64,000 nt of DNA from Octopus sinensis (GCF_006345805.1 NC_043000.1:150784001-150848000); one strand, 5' to 3'; positions 25,936 to 40,439 are shown, numbered from the stretch's first letter. Translations and numbers: made by a program. The notes: a model not told the origin generated them from the letters alone.

Positions 25936-25981
<46 letters not shown>

Positions 25982-26250
25982 TGGTGTGTGTATGCATGCA
26001 TATATGTGTTTTGTATGCATATATATAATGTGTGACTGTGTATGTAATGTGTATGTGTGTGTGTACACAAACACACATATGCACACAATCCATATGTATA
26101 TGTGTATTATATATAGTATTATTTATATATATATATATATATATATCTATATGTATTTATGTAGTATTATATATATATATATATATATATATCTATATGT
26201 ATGTATGTATATATATATATATATATATATATCTATATGTATGTATATAT

Positions 26251-26283
<33 letters not shown>

Positions 26284-26804
26284 ATGTATGTATATATATA
26301 TATATGTATGTATGTATATGTATGTATATATACATTATGTATGTATGTATATGTATGTATATAATATATATATATATATGTATGTATGTATATGTATGTA
26401 TAATATATATATATATATAATGTATGTATATGTAATATATATATATAATATATATATGTATGTATGTATTATATATATATATATGTATGTATGTATGTAT
26501 ATATAATATGTATGTATGTATATATATATATATATGTTGTATGTATATATATAATATATATGTATGTATGTATATATATATATATATGTATGTATGTATG
26601 TTATATATAGATATATATATAGTATGTATTATGTATAATATATATATGTATGTATGTATATATATATATATGTATGTATGTAGTATATATATATGTATGT
26701 ATGTATGTATATATATATGTATGTATGTGTATATATATATATATGTATGTATATTTGTGTATATGTGCAAATGTGTGTGTATATTTCTTTTAATTTCTGA
26801 ATAT

Positions 26805-26842
<38 letters not shown>

Positions 26843-26950
26843 GGTGTGTGTATGCATGTATATATGTGTTTGTGTATGCATATATATATATGTGTGACTG
26901 TGTATGTAATGTGTATGTGTGTGTGTGTGAACACATGTATGTTTGTGTAT
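25490..26950. repeat. Complex (TA)/(TG)/(TATG) microsatellite field containing an 869-bp-period duplicated block
   Basis: The block tatatttgtgtatatgtgcaaatg...tttctgaatatttgaa...gtgtgactgtgtatgtaatg occurs at 25881 and 26750. Confidence 0.9.
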
Positions 26951-27676
26951 GTGTTTAGCTGTAGCCACAAACATTAGTGTTGTTCTCCAATGCAGTTATG
27001 TCCCTTCACTCTTTGTTAAAATGCATTATCCATTTGTCATCTTTCCAAGCCTAGCTGTGGTTACATCAATGGCTTCTGTTCCACTGCACCTAACTAGAAT
27101 GTATTAGCATCCTCTGCTGCTCTGCCGTTAGCTTTCCTCTCCTCTTGCTAGCCGGCTCCTTTCACAGACATTCCAGAGGAAAATTCCATTAGAGATGACT
27201 ATATAATGTCGTGTAGTGCTGGTGTTGCTCGGCCCGGCTCTACGATGCTATCACTAGCACCACAGCCATCCATTTATGCCTTAGCTATGAATTCGTATCA
27301 ATATGATTCTTCTTCAATTCTATGGGTTTGACTGATTGCTGAATACTTCCACTGCTACTTGACTAAATGCCTGTCTGCTAGTAGCTTTTATACTTCTTAC
27401 ATCATGGTAAGTAAATTGATAATTTTTCTTAGCAAAGAAATTGCATTCTTTTTGCTTGTTTGTTTGTTTTTTTTTTTTTAATAAATTCTTTCCCCCCTCA
27501 TATTCAACAAAGCTATCTATGGGAGAGTAATGAAGCTAAAGGGTTACCGTTTTGTATCCTTACTTTTAGTACCGTTACACATTGACTTAGAATGGATGCG
27601 ATAAACTGATAGTTTGGCTTGAATATTGTCATTACCTGTGTGATTTGCTTTGCTAAAATACCAGTACTACACATAT

Positions 27677-27710
<34 letters not shown>

Positions 27711-28388
27711 CACAAACACGCACATACTCACACATACATGTATTTGTGTATGTATGGGTAGATCTGCTGCATTTGGTTTTATTCATTAATCTAATTTAAT
27801 GTTCATATGTTCTTTACTTTCTTGATTGGTAAAAAAAAAACTTTTTTCTTTTGAATGAGAGAATGAGAGGGTAGAAGGGAGAGAGCGTGAGTGTAGGAAA
27901 GAGAATAAGAGAGGAAGAGAGAAAGAGAGAGACATTGCTGAATGTGGTGGAATTGTTATGTTACATAAATTTAAGAATTCTCTTATCCTAAATTATGCAT
28001 GATTACCTCATTCCTAAATCTTCAGGTTTATTTTTTTTTCTTCCTCTTTCTTTCTGGTATGACAGTCATATCATTAAAGAATTCTTTTTACTTGTATTTT
28101 ATTTTAATACAGTTATCATTATTTGAATTTATACTGGATAAAACTATCATTACAGTCTGATGGTTTTCAATTTATCTTTATTCAAAATTACATACTGCCA
28201 TAATATTCAATTTGCGTTGTCATATTTAGTAAAATTGTCTTTATTTTGAAGAATTTTTTTTTTTTCTAATCTTGAAATAACATATAGATATTTTAAACAA
28301 ATAAAGCTTGAGTATTTTTTCATAATTTTGTTTTCATTATAATATACTCAGATGTGTATATTACGTTCTTTTATTTTGTATATCATTA

Positions 28389-28437
<49 letters not shown>

Positions 28438-29719
28438 TTAACCTAAAAATGAATCATTTAATTAATAGTAAACTTTTAATTTTTATGCAGATATATAGAT
28501 TGATTAACAAGTTAACTCTTAGTTGCTGTTTTACTGAAAAAAATATTGTTTTGTTTTAATTAAATTCATTTATATTTTTGCATTCCCAATCTTAAATTCG
28601 TTCATTATTTTATGTAATTTGTCTTTTGATTAAAAAAAGAAGAAAAAAAAGAATTTAAAAGGAGTGTTATTTATCAAGAAAATAAAAATAGGAAAAAAAA
28701 AAAACGTAAAAAGAATGAAAGAAATTATTTTGTCATTTGAAATGAATTCAAATATAATGCTTTAATTACCAAAAAAAAAAAAAAGAAACTATTATAAGTT
28801 TGTCATATATATATAAAACTGAATATTTCTCAATATTATCAACCTAGAAATAACTTCCATATTAAAACACTTGTTATTCTGGCTGTATTTCCAGCCAGGC
28901 CAAATAAGATTTTAGCAGTGATTGAATACCATCAATAAGATGTAGATGTCGTTATCTTAATTTAAAAAAAAAAAATTTCATTTCATGTCTCTGCCACTGC
29001 CAAGATTGCACACCACCCACACGCTTCCTATGCTTCTGTTTTACTTCTTCTTACAATATTTATCACTGTGGTTTATCGTCATCATTGTCATCATCATCAT
29101 CCTCTCTTTTCATGTAAGGTGGATGTCACATGAAATTTTAATTTATCATTTAAAAAAAAAAGAAGGGATTTTTTAATATTTTTCATCATTGCCAGGATCA
29201 TCAATATACAAATAATACCATTGAAATTCAGTGTTTAGAAAGGGAAAAAATAATAAAACAAAAAAATAATTTGTGATGATAATGTTGATAACGATTTCTC
29301 ATTATTATCATTGCTGTCTTCATTACTACACCCATCATCACTATGATGCAATAGTACATTGTCAACAAATTTAATTGGTAATTTCATCTTTGATTACCAG
29401 CTGAAACTGCTTTCAGTTAGATTTGTAATATTCTATGGAAAATTAGGGACATAGCAAACAGTTCATTTTCTTATGAATCTGAGATGACTTACCTGTGTAC
29501 TATAATAATAATAATAATAACAGCAACAATATTATTATTATTATTATTATTATACGCCACCTCTTTGCACAATGATATTGTCTTTTCAGTTTTTTTCTGT
29601 TTAGTTTCTGTTATTGTCTTCCAAATTTGCTTAATGATATGATTTTTCGGAATTGTTATCTTTATATTAATTATTTGTAATTAGTGAACTGACAGAATTG
29701 TTAATATGCCAAACAAAAT

Positions 29720-29895
29720 GCTCAGTGGCTTTTTCTTTTCGTTTTACATTCTGGGTTCAAATCCCATCAAAACTGACTTTGCCTCTCACTCTTTCGGGGG
29801 TCAATAAAATAAGTACCAGTTGGACACTGGGGTCACTGTAATTAGCCAGCCCCCCCTCGTAATTTCAGGCCTTGTGCCTACAGTAGAAAGGGTTA
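29720..29895 (+). mobile_element. SINE family C (core ctttcggggtcaataaaataagtaccagt, tail gccttgtgcctacagtagaaagg-(TAT)n)
   Basis: Further copies at about 10380-10610(-), 21700-21920(-), 21935-22170(-), 46020-46226(+), 49565-49770(-), 57930-58140(+) and 60460-60580(+). Confidence 0.75.
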
Positions 29896-31119
29896 TTCTA
29901 AAGTGAAAAAGAGGGCCAAAGGATGTGATAAATGGATTAAGATGTTTTACTGTATTTAGTTCATTGCTGAAGGTTCTGTTCAAATCACATTAGAAATTAA
30001 TTTATCTTTTAATTGTCTGAGTTGCATGAGCTAAAATATCACATCGTTGTAAACATTGTCCTTATGCTTTGCGAAATGACATAATTTCCTTTTACTGTTA
30101 TGTTCTATCTGAGCATAATGTGTGAATACATAAATCTTATATCATTGAACTGTGTAAGATTCTACATAAAGTTTTTCCCCTTTCTCTTTGTTCTTATGCT
30201 CATCAACAGTTCTAATTAATTAACAATGTTTACATATTAACTAAATAGTATGTTTTTAATTATGAATCTATATGTTTAATACTTTGAAGTATACATTAAG
30301 CTGTATTTTTATAGGCAGTATAAGGTGTACTTTAATATATATTTCAAAGTTTTGGCACTAATTATGCAAATCAGACAAACTGATTTAATGAAGTCACAAT
30401 ATTTAATGGCTATAATACAGTATAAAATCTTAGATGAAATGAATGAAAGGAAAGCAAATGAGAACAACATTACTGTTTTAGTATGAAAGTATTTAACTAG
30501 GGAATTGGCAGTAAAGAGTTGATTATGATAGAGCCAAAATTTGAGAGATATTGGAAATTTGTAGAGTAACACTTGGTTTAGTTGTAATTAAGTGTCTTGG
30601 TAGATTTAATGATGATAGCCAAAAGAAATCTATACAGGTGAGTTTTGCAAAATTAGAAATAAAACTGGGGCTGTTAGAAAACATCCAGCATATCAGCTGG
30701 ATATTTTAAAAAGCATAAATATACAAAATCATCTTAACAAGAAACAGAGAGAAAACAGAATACAGTTGGGGAGAAAACAAAGAATTTGACAGATTCAGGT
30801 AAAATGGAGAATTGAAAGTGAGAGGACCACCATAAGAAAGAAGGGTAGTGAGAATGATAAAAATCAGGGAAATAGTTAAGAACACTATATATAAAAGAAA
30901 AAGGTATGCAATACATCATCATCATCATCATCATCATCGTTTAACGTCCGTTCTCCATGCTAGCATGGGTTGGACGGTTCGACCGGGGATCTGGAAAGCC
31001 AGAAAGCTGCACCAGGCTCCGGTCTTATCTGGCAATGTTTCTACAGCTGGATGCCCTTCCTAACGCCAACCACTCCGTGAGTGTACCACTGAATAGAAAA
31101 ATAGAATGATATGTTTACA

Positions 31120-31337
31120 TATTAACACTTCTGTTGCCATATTTCTGTTGAAATACACCAACATTGCTTCAGTTGATTTTGAAAAGAATGAAGAATTTAG
31201 TAAAATAACTAAGCTGATGTTTGAGACATAAATTGACTTGGAATTTCAATGGAAGGTTTTAATTTAAATCATTTTAACACAAGTTTATGTCATAAAACAA
31301 GGAGTGGTCTCAGGCAGATTGATATCAAAAGATTTAA
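31120..31337 (-). mobile_element. Degenerate relative of the TTAA MITE family
   Basis: Shares the body aagaatttagtaaaataact...acataaattg...ggaaggttttaatt. Ends are eroded. Confidence 0.55.
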
Positions 31338-31339
31338 TG

Positions 31340-34300
31340 CTGATCAATTTACTAATAAGATGAATGAATTGAAGGTTAGAAGCTACAAACTCCAAGCCAC
31401 AAGTCATTGGTATTTCTGAAGCAAGACCAAAGAACAGGAAATTTTAAGTGGTTTTAGCAGAATTTTTGATAAATGAAGCAGCAGGCTATGAAGTCTTTTC
31501 CAACAATATTGTGGAGGTCAAATGAAGAGGAATAATGTTATCATCATTTTAATGCCCACTTTTCCATGCGTAGAAAGAGTTTATTGGGGCAGATATTCTA
31601 CAGCTGGATGCTCTTCCCATTGCCAACACTTCCCTGTTTCCAAGCAAGATAATATTTCATCATAGGTGGACATGTTCTTGCAGAATATTAGAAATGAACA
31701 ACACTGCTTTGACAGTGATACCCATTTAGAGCTATCGTTCAATGTCAAGACAAGGAGACATAAACATACACACAGACGTTCACATATATACATACACATT
31801 CACATATAACTACACACACACAGACATTGCAGATTGACCTTAGGCTATAGTAGAAGACCCTTGTTCAAGGCACTATGCAGTAGGGCTGGACCTGGAACCA
31901 TCTGGATGGGAAGCAAGCTTCTTACCACACAGCCATGCCTGTAATGCACACACATACAATTAAAATTAATCTCTCAAATACTGACTTATTTTGTTGACAG
32001 ACCTAATTTACAGGTAATCTGCAGTGAATGAAAGAAAAAAAGATATTGGAAAAAAAATGAAAGATTATGAAGAATAATGAAGCTGCTAATTATCAAAGGT
32101 TTTAATTACACAAGAATTATATAATAGAAAATGATAACAAATGATTATCCCTAAATCTCATTAAAATATTATTTTGGGGTTGCCAGCAAGGAACATAACT
32201 TTTATCAATATACCAACTTGGAGAGAAACTAAAGATTACATCTTGGATATGATATTCACAAATAAAACTGAATGATGTATGAAACTAACTAGAAAGGAAC
32301 ACCTGGAAACAGTTTTACTTTTATTTGTTACATATACTTCATAATATATCAAAGCTCATAAAACTGAAGTGATGTTTTTAATGACTCTAATATAAATTTT
32401 AATATAAATTAGAAGAAATTCTCTGAGGTTATACCAAAAATAGAAAGTGGAAAATATACCAAACAATTCTGAAATATTTGAAAAGGAGACATGCATTGGC
32501 TGGAAACTCTTTAAGATATAGAAATCCATAAACAAGAACACACTACAAGATAATGTGTGACAAAGAAGTGAAGAAAGTTATCTGAGAAAAATTTATCAAA
32601 GAAATCAAAGGAAAATCCAAAGGAATATTAAGATTTATAAAAGCAATATCAAGAATTAATAGTGACATAGGTTACCTTTATGAAGACAAAATAATTTGCA
32701 TAATAAGGAGGATATAGATGATATTCTTTACTGAGATGATAAGATTAGACATGCTGTGGAATGCATTAGGGTTAGAGGAAATTAAAGATTTATTGCTAGA
32801 CAAATCACCAGAACATTCTAGATTTCTGAACATCATGACAAAGAATATTGCAAAGCCTCAAACAACCTGTAGTCCGGGATCGGTTTCCAACGTAAAAAAA
32901 AATGCAAAGATTAATGTTATAGGGAAGAAGAAAACTTACTGAGATGTGAACCTGTTATATCGCAATACTACACAGTGGCTGTGTGAGCTACGAAATCCTC
33001 ATCGCCACTTTTATATCACACATTCCGATGACCTCTACTCAACTCTCAATATTGACTTCTCCCTCCATATTTACGTATTGGGCTAGCCTACTTCATCATC
33101 TGGGGACGTCCACACAACAGAACCTAACACTGATTTTACTAAAATTTTACTAACTGGAAAATTAGTAAAGAAATTATTATTTTTTTTTTAATTTGGCAAG
33201 TCAACTGCTTTGTAATTGTTGAAAATGATGAAGGAATGGTGCATTTTCTTAACTTTTCAAAAGACAACTGGTAAGGTACTATATTTGAGACTTACAAATG
33301 AGTTAAAAGCATATAGTACAAATGTTTAGATACAAAACTGGATTGGAAACTTCATCAGTGACAAGAAATAACAAGTAAGGATGAAGGGGAGTAAATCAAC
33401 AGAGCACAGTGTAACAGTGAAAATATTTCAAGGATCAGTTCTGGGATTCGTTTCATTTTCTAATATATGTCAAGAATTTACAAGAAAATGTTATCACACA
33501 TCTATATTCTTTTTGATGATGCTGCAGTTTTATATACTGCAACTATATAGGAAGACTATGCTAAACTAAGATCTCCAGAAAATGGAAAACTGGAGTAATA
33601 CAGAGTTGTTACTTTTCCTTCAAGATAAATGCAAACACCTTCATAAAAGAAGAGAGATCTGTGAGGAAAAAGATATCAAATGTGCCAAACTGTAATTCAG
33701 AAGGTGAATGAAGGAATGGATTTAGGTATTATAATAGGAAAAGAAAAATTGAAAGACAAAGAATATACAGTAGAAAAAGAAGACAAACATGATGGTAAAT
33801 GTAATACTTAAACACAAACATTTATACTATTTTCTAAATGTTTGATACAATCATCATCGTTTAACGTCCATTTTCCACGCTAGCATGGGTTGGACGGTTC
33901 CACCGGGGTCTGGGAAGCCAGGGGCTGCACCAGGCTCCAGTCTGATCTGGCAGTGTTTCTACAGCTGGATGCCCTTCCTAATGCCAACCACTCCGCGAGT
34001 GTAGTGGGTGCTTTTTACGTGCCAGGGGAGTCTGGCATCGGCCACGATCAGATGGTGTTTTTAACGTGCTACCGGCACGGAAGCCAGCCAAGGCGGCGCT
34101 GGCATCGGCCACGTTCGGATGGTGCTTTTTATGTGCCACCGGCACAGAAGCCAGTCGAAACTTTAGTTTGAGTTCCTTATAACAACGAACTCATGGATAA
34201 AATAACATTAATACTAAGAAGAACTACCAACCAAATAACCTGGCTTGGAAAATCTAATGCAGCCAAAGGAGTTAAAAAAAAAAACTCAAATTCCCAAGCT

Positions 34301-34560
34301 TGTGAAAGAAAAGTCTGAGTGAAAATGCTGGAAATATACTAGATGGTAAATGGACTCTATGAAGAAGATTTAGGCAGTTTTATTTCAGAAGGGAACACTC
34401 AAGTGAATCTAGAACAAAAGGGCTCAGAAATACTATCATATTGGAGAACATTAAACAGAAATATGGTTAAGAGATATTTGGCTTAATAGGAAAAATGTTG
34501 AATAATTTGACAGAACTGGTAGCAGCTGAAAACATTAATCACCAACATCATTATAATGAC
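31340..34560 (+). mobile_element. Decayed CR1/L2-like LINE, fragmented by SINEs
   Basis: FQGSVLGFVSF (PQGSVLGP motif, about 33425), a DFSK-like motif at about 33250, and an endonuclease-like N-terminal remnant near 31340. Many stops. Confidence 0.55.
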
Positions 34561-35819
34561 CACTTTGCCAGGCTTGTAAGGGTTAGATGTAGTTTGCTAT
34601 GGTGAATTTTCAGTGGCTTGATGCCCTTCCTGTCACCAGCTCTTGCTTGTTTTCAAGAAATGTAATATTTCTCCAAGGCCAGACAAGTTCACATGGAAGA
34701 TTGGCAATGAAGAACACCACTTATATGATGGTGACACTAGTTTATAAGATAAGGAGGAACTCCTGCACATACACACCTCATACTTCTATCCATCTACAAA
34801 ATCAACTCTGGAGGCTTTGGTTGGTCTTGGGCTTTAGTAGAAGACACTTGTCCAAGGTGCCATGCAGTGGAACTGAGCCCAAAACCAGGTGGTTGAGAAG
34901 TGAACTTAACCATACAGCCACACCTGTGTCCATGCCTATTCCATGCCTGCATCTAGAATATTTTAAAAATTGGTTGGATAAACAGTGGGAACAATTAAGC
35001 ATAAAATGTGGTCATACTTTGAAAGTGGACATAATCTGGTGCACTACCTAACGAAGGAATTGGGAATTCAGTATAAGACTTCACTAATGGACTTGGAATG
35101 GCAAACTGCTACAGCCATTACCACTGCTGTTCAAGAATTTGGACCTGGAGATCTCCATTTCCAGTGACTTCGAATGCCACCTCCCAGTGGTGTCGGGCAT
35201 CAATGAAGAGCCCTCAATCACAACAAGAAGACCAATGTTTTTTTTCCCCGCCAAGGTCTGGGGTCTCCCGCCCCTAAGCCCTAGGCCATCACCTAATCCC
35301 CCTTACCCGTCTTGTTGCTTAACAACAACAACAACAACAGCCATTAGCACTAACATTGCCACCATTATTGTCCTTGTTGTTATTGTTATTATTGTTGTCA
35401 TCATCATTATTGTTATCATTATCATCATGCCACAAGTTGTGGTCACTCATCATCTTCACAAAATTCAGTATCTTGAAATTATCTTCCACAACTTCTTTCC
35501 TCTGTCTTCTTCAGTTCTCTTCTCTAAAGGCTCACACCCATTTGAATTACCTGACACTTTTCTACCAAAATACCTTTATCAATATGTATTATATGTATTC
35601 ATACCAACAATCTCCTCTCTTGCATACTAAATCTGATTTGTCTTGTACCCAATATGCTGGCTGTGTACTTACATTATGTATGCATCCAGCAGAGTATGTT
35701 CAACTGTATCCTGTCTAGCCTTTGCCTTCAATACTTAATGTTAAGCAATATGCTTTGTACACAAGTATGATATAATCTATCCTTCAATTAGAAAGAGTGA
35801 CATTATATATATATGTATA

Positions 35820-36010
35820 GGGAGAGTTTACAAAAAAAAACAAAAGACGAAGACAGATGTATTGGTGTAACGCTCAGGAATAGAAAAATTCTTTTATGTT
35901 TCGAGCCTACACTCTTCTACAGAAAGGGACACAGAAAAAACAGGGAGAGAAACAAGGAGAGAAACAAGGAGAGAAAAAAATGTGTGTAGTGGCTAACAAT
36001 CTGTCATGGC

Positions 36011-36013
<3 letters not shown>
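35820..36013 (-). mobile_element. Penelope-like terminal-repeat fragment with degenerate minimal hammerhead motif
   Basis: Minus strand reads GUCCCUUU-CUGUAGA-A-GAGU(GUAG)GCUC-GAAA-CA-UA-AAAGAA. Flanked by (TA)n microsatellite. Confidence 0.55.
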
Positions 36014-36220
<207 letters not shown>

Positions 36221-36234
36221 TCCTTGTTGTTACC

Positions 36235-39200
36235 TGAGGTAATAACTCTCTCCTGTTTTTACTCTGGCTGCTATACTTTCAGAGAACCTTCGTCTGCTGT
36301 TAATTAGGTCACCTAGTTAATGGAAACTATCAAAGTGAATCTTCTAAACATTTGGAACAATATATTTCATTGGTTGTACTTACTGCTAACTACTCTTGCG
36401 TATCTGCCACATATGAAGTCTTCTCTCTCTCAGTCTACAAATGATTCCACTATGCTCTTGTACATCTAGGATTCACATTGGATGCATAGCATTCCTGCTT
36501 GCTCATTTTATTTGTATTGAGCATGGACACTCCCCAGATAGCAAATACAATGCTGTCTTTTTTCCTACTATCTAAAACTTATTGTTTTAGATTGTTTTAG
36601 ATTTACCTGGAAACCTCTTAGTTCTCAACTTTGCTTCAACATTAAAAGTTTGTTTTTTAATTCTGAGCGTGGCCGTTTGCCAGCCTCGTCTGGCACCTGT
36701 GTCGGTGGCACATAAAAAAGCACCCACTACACTCACAGAGTGGTTGGCGTTAGGAAGGGCATCCAGCTGTAGAAACACTGCCAGATCAGACTGGAGCCTG
36801 GTGCAGCCTCCTGGCTTCCCAGACCCCGGTCGAACCATCCAACCCATGCTAGCATGGAAAGCGGACGTTAAACGATGATGATGATGATGATTCAGCTATG
36901 AGAACCAGATAATTGACATATAAAATCTCTGAAGGATAAATGTTCTTAAGCTTTTTTTTAATTTTGACCTGATGAACAATGTTCATGTTTTTCATGCTGT
37001 TGATACTGCTAGATTGAATGGTACTGCCCAGGTCAGATCTATAATGATATCCTTTAGGCAGCCAAAAATGAATGTGTACATTTGATGTGTTTATTTACTG
37101 TGAACCTTTCGTATCTTGTGTTCTTGTGGTTCTAAGTTGTTCTTCATTGAAATTCCAGTTCTTGTAGGGTTAAACTTATTTACAGTTTCTTGTTTTCTTG
37201 GTTTATGGTGTTTTTTTTGTCTGTATTTTACCATTGCATTAATTGTCTTTCATTTAGATTCTAATTCTGGTAAGATTAATACTTGTTCAGGATTTTCTAG
37301 TTTATGGAGATTTTATTGTATATAATAAACAAGTGGAAGCTAAGAAACAAGTCTCAATGGATGTCTACTTGCACATAAAATTCTTCATTGGACTCAATGT
37401 TAACTCTCATCTTGTTGATGGCATCTCTGTACATGGTTTGCATAGTGCTCACAGCCATTCACTTACATTTAGTTCTCTTAACAACTACCAAACAACAGAA
37501 TGTGGTACTTTATCAAAGGTCTTTTCCCAGGTTGACAAATGCTAGGTATAGTTGCTTGCTCTAAGCTGAGCACCTCTTTTGCAATTGTCTTACTAGCAAA
37601 AGGACATCAATGGTAATCTGACCTGGTATAACCAAAACCAAATTTTATCAAAACTAATTTTATCACTGACCAATTGTTCTAAAACTCCTGCTACTTTTAT
37701 AACTTGATCAATCAATTTGGTACCTGTTGTTGGCAATTTACCTTTATATTACTTGATGAATGCTCCACCTGTTACTGTTTAGGAATCTCCCTGGTTGATA
37801 TACAACTGAGTAGATTGAACTCTTTTTAACAGGATGTGTTCAGTGTCTCAACAATCACTTCTGATTATTCAATTATTTCCTCTGTCTTAATATCCTTGGT
37901 TACATTTCAACTTATATAATTGTTAACATAATTAGATGGTCTTTCTTTTTTCGTTCTACTTGTAGTTCCTCTTTGTCCTATGCATTCTCTACATTCAGAA
38001 AAACCTTGTAGTAGTATTTCCAAGCTTCTTTTTGGCATCATTCAGGATAAATGTGCCACACTAATTCTGCACACATTTTCCCCTCAACAGTATCTTCTCT
38101 GGTCCTCTCATTACAATGCATTGGCAAACCCTTATTTTTCCAGCTTATTTCTTTGCCATGTATACCTAATATCTAGCTTCTCTTCTGGTTATCTGTTACT
38201 GCTTGCTGTCACCCCTCCCCCCCGTTCTTCTAACCCAGTGCTTTTCAACATTTTTGCTGGAGCGGAACCCCAAAGAAACATTCCACTGGCTCGAGGAACC
38301 CCTGTGCAATAATTTAATAGTCTTATGCACACATATCTGCACAGGAGACTTAAAAATTACTGCCGATTTTAGCAGTTTTGTAACTCCTTGCGGAACCCCT
38401 GCACTTTACTGGCGGAACCCTAAGGTTCCGCGGAACCCTGGTTGAAAACCACTGTTCTAACCTGACCAGACTTGTCACTTAGCTTTAATAGCTCTATCCA
38501 CTGTACAGTTTTACCACTATGGGATCTTGTGGCATGCTCCAACAATAAACCTGGTCTGTGACTCTGAGTAAGATGTCTCATAGAAGCTCCTTGTTATAGA
38601 GAGGAACTATGTCTCTGACTCCTCCATGACATACACTTCAACTAGAACTGTCTGAAGCTACTTTCAGTAAAATTCTTTCAGCCTCCATACTTTCTGTCTT
38701 CAGATTGTCTTGTGTTTCTGGATCTGTTTAGCTCTTAATCTGTTGTTACTAATCACTAGTTTATGTTGCTTGGTACATTCTTCACTAGGAAAGACTCTGT
38801 TCAATTTTACAATAAGTATCACATCTATCTAGCTTGTGCATTCACCTGGTTAGTTGGTAATTAAGTGGCTGGCTGCTTTCTTGCAGTTTGACACGTAAAT
38901 GGTTTCATTATTTGTATCACAGAACTCAAGGAAATTTAATCTTTCCTTATTTCTTATAACATACCTATTACTTCCATATATGCCAATCATAGTGTTGTCA
39001 AACATGTTCATTAAAGTTATCAGTTATGATAACAAAGTCACTGTCATTTGTTCTTGTGACAGTCTGCAAGAGATCTTCATAGAAATGTCCCTTTTGTTCA
39101 TCTATCAATCTTGGTTGTGGTATATATTCAGAGATCACTATTGCTATGGTGTTGCCTACGACTAGTCTAAACTTAATTATACCATCCATACTCTTGCTAC

Positions 39201-39720
39201 TTTACTTACTTTATCCATTTCTCTACCAACATTATGCCTACTCCCCACACTGGTGCCAATACCTACCCTGAAGTATATGTATCTGTGTTGCATGGTCATG
39301 AGGAATCTTACTGAGCTACCTCTAAATATTACCTCTTGTATTCAGTACACATTTATTTGTCTCTGCTCAAAAATTCATTCAAGATCTATCCATCATTGAT
39401 GTTGGTAGCCCTGAAGTTTTCTACATGTGAAGAAGAAAGGTTTTTTTGGGTTTTTTTTGTGGTGCTCATTACCTGTATTTTTGGCATCTGGAAGATAGTT
39501 TATATGAATCTTAAAGATATTTAAGGGAGTCTTCACAAATGGCTGGTTATTTCTGCCTATCTATCTCACTGCTGTGCAAGTATTTAAGTGTTAGTCCAGT
39601 ATATGAAGTTGGAATTTTTCATTGTATTTGTGACTGTCATGATTTTGGCACGGTTTCTTGACTTGGTGTATATTATAATACATCCTTCACAAGAGAGGTT
39701 GTCTGTCAGGATTAAAGTAT
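36235..39720 (-). mobile_element. Old, heavily decayed RTE LINE interrupted by younger insertions
   Basis: Minus-strand APE remnant DGIIKFRLVVGNTIAIVISEYIPQ...QKGHFYEDLLQ...DNFNEHV (38998-39189), LYLAFVNL near 37530, and a DSF..LGD-like segment near 36310. Confidence 0.7.
38236..38454 (+). mobile_element. hAT-type MITE nested in the old RTE
   Basis: TIRs cagtgcttttcaac / gttgaaaaccactg. Perfect 8-bp TSD TTCTAACC at 38228-38235 and 38455-38462. Confidence 0.9.
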
Positions 39721-40439
39721 CTCTTCTAGACTGAGTAAATTTTTTATTCAAAGGTATTCATCATCATCATCATCATTTAGCATCCGCTTTCCATGCTGGC
39801 ATGGGTTGGACGGTTCAACTGGGGTCTGGGAAGCCAGAAGGCTGCACCAGACCCAGTCTGATCTGGCAGTGTTTCTACGGCTGGATGCCCTTCCTAATGC
39901 CAACCACTCCATGAGTGTAGTGGGTGCTTTTTACGTGCCACCCGCACAGGTGCCAGATGGAGCTGGCAAACGGCCACGGACGGATGGTGCTTTTTACGCA
40001 CCACCAGCACGGGGCCAGGCAAGGCTGGCAACGGCCATGAACGGATGGTGCTTTTTACGTGCCACCGGCATGAGGCCAGTCGGGGCAGCGCTGGCAACGG
40101 TCACGAACGGATGGTGGTGCCAGACGAGTCTGGCAAACGGCAGTCTGTGTTCTCATAAAACAGTTTAGAGAGCATTAACTCTTAGTCAACCCTCCTTGTA
40201 GGATCTCCATCCCTATACAGATATTTATTTAGTGTTATTGCTCTCCTAATTGGGCAGGCATTATTATGAATCTTGTTTCTCCAAAATACAACTAAGAGTG
40301 CATAAAGTGTTTTGTTAGGAAGGAAAGGATCTTATAATAGGCTGATGAGTTTGTTTGGAGTGTATGAAGTGTTAGGAGCAGAGTGGAAGCTGACATAGCC
40401 AGGTGGGTTGGATATAAGGACAACTAACCCCTGACAATT

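Noticed and set aside
25495-26974. Long YI/HT/CV-rich ORFs up to 275 aa (also at 231-955, 13410-13758 and 52113-52348)
   Set aside because: Dinucleotide microsatellites lack stop codons, so these are not genes.
27554-27562. Other GTATCCTT U12-like donors (also about 2593 and 45957)
   Set aside because: No upstream exon or matching branch site. Expected by chance in AT-rich DNA.
30545-30637. VVIKCLGRFNDDSQKKSIQ|GTGAGT resembling human RELCH VIKSLG...DDPDKYHQ
   Set aside because: Weak match and poor acceptor. About 400 aa of intervening RELCH exons would have to lie between here and 52724, and none were seen.
34985-35170. Possible MULE transposase remnant (...SLMDLE...AITTAVQEF...LHF)
   Set aside because: Resemblance is too weak to call without a profile search, and no TIRs or TSDs were seen.
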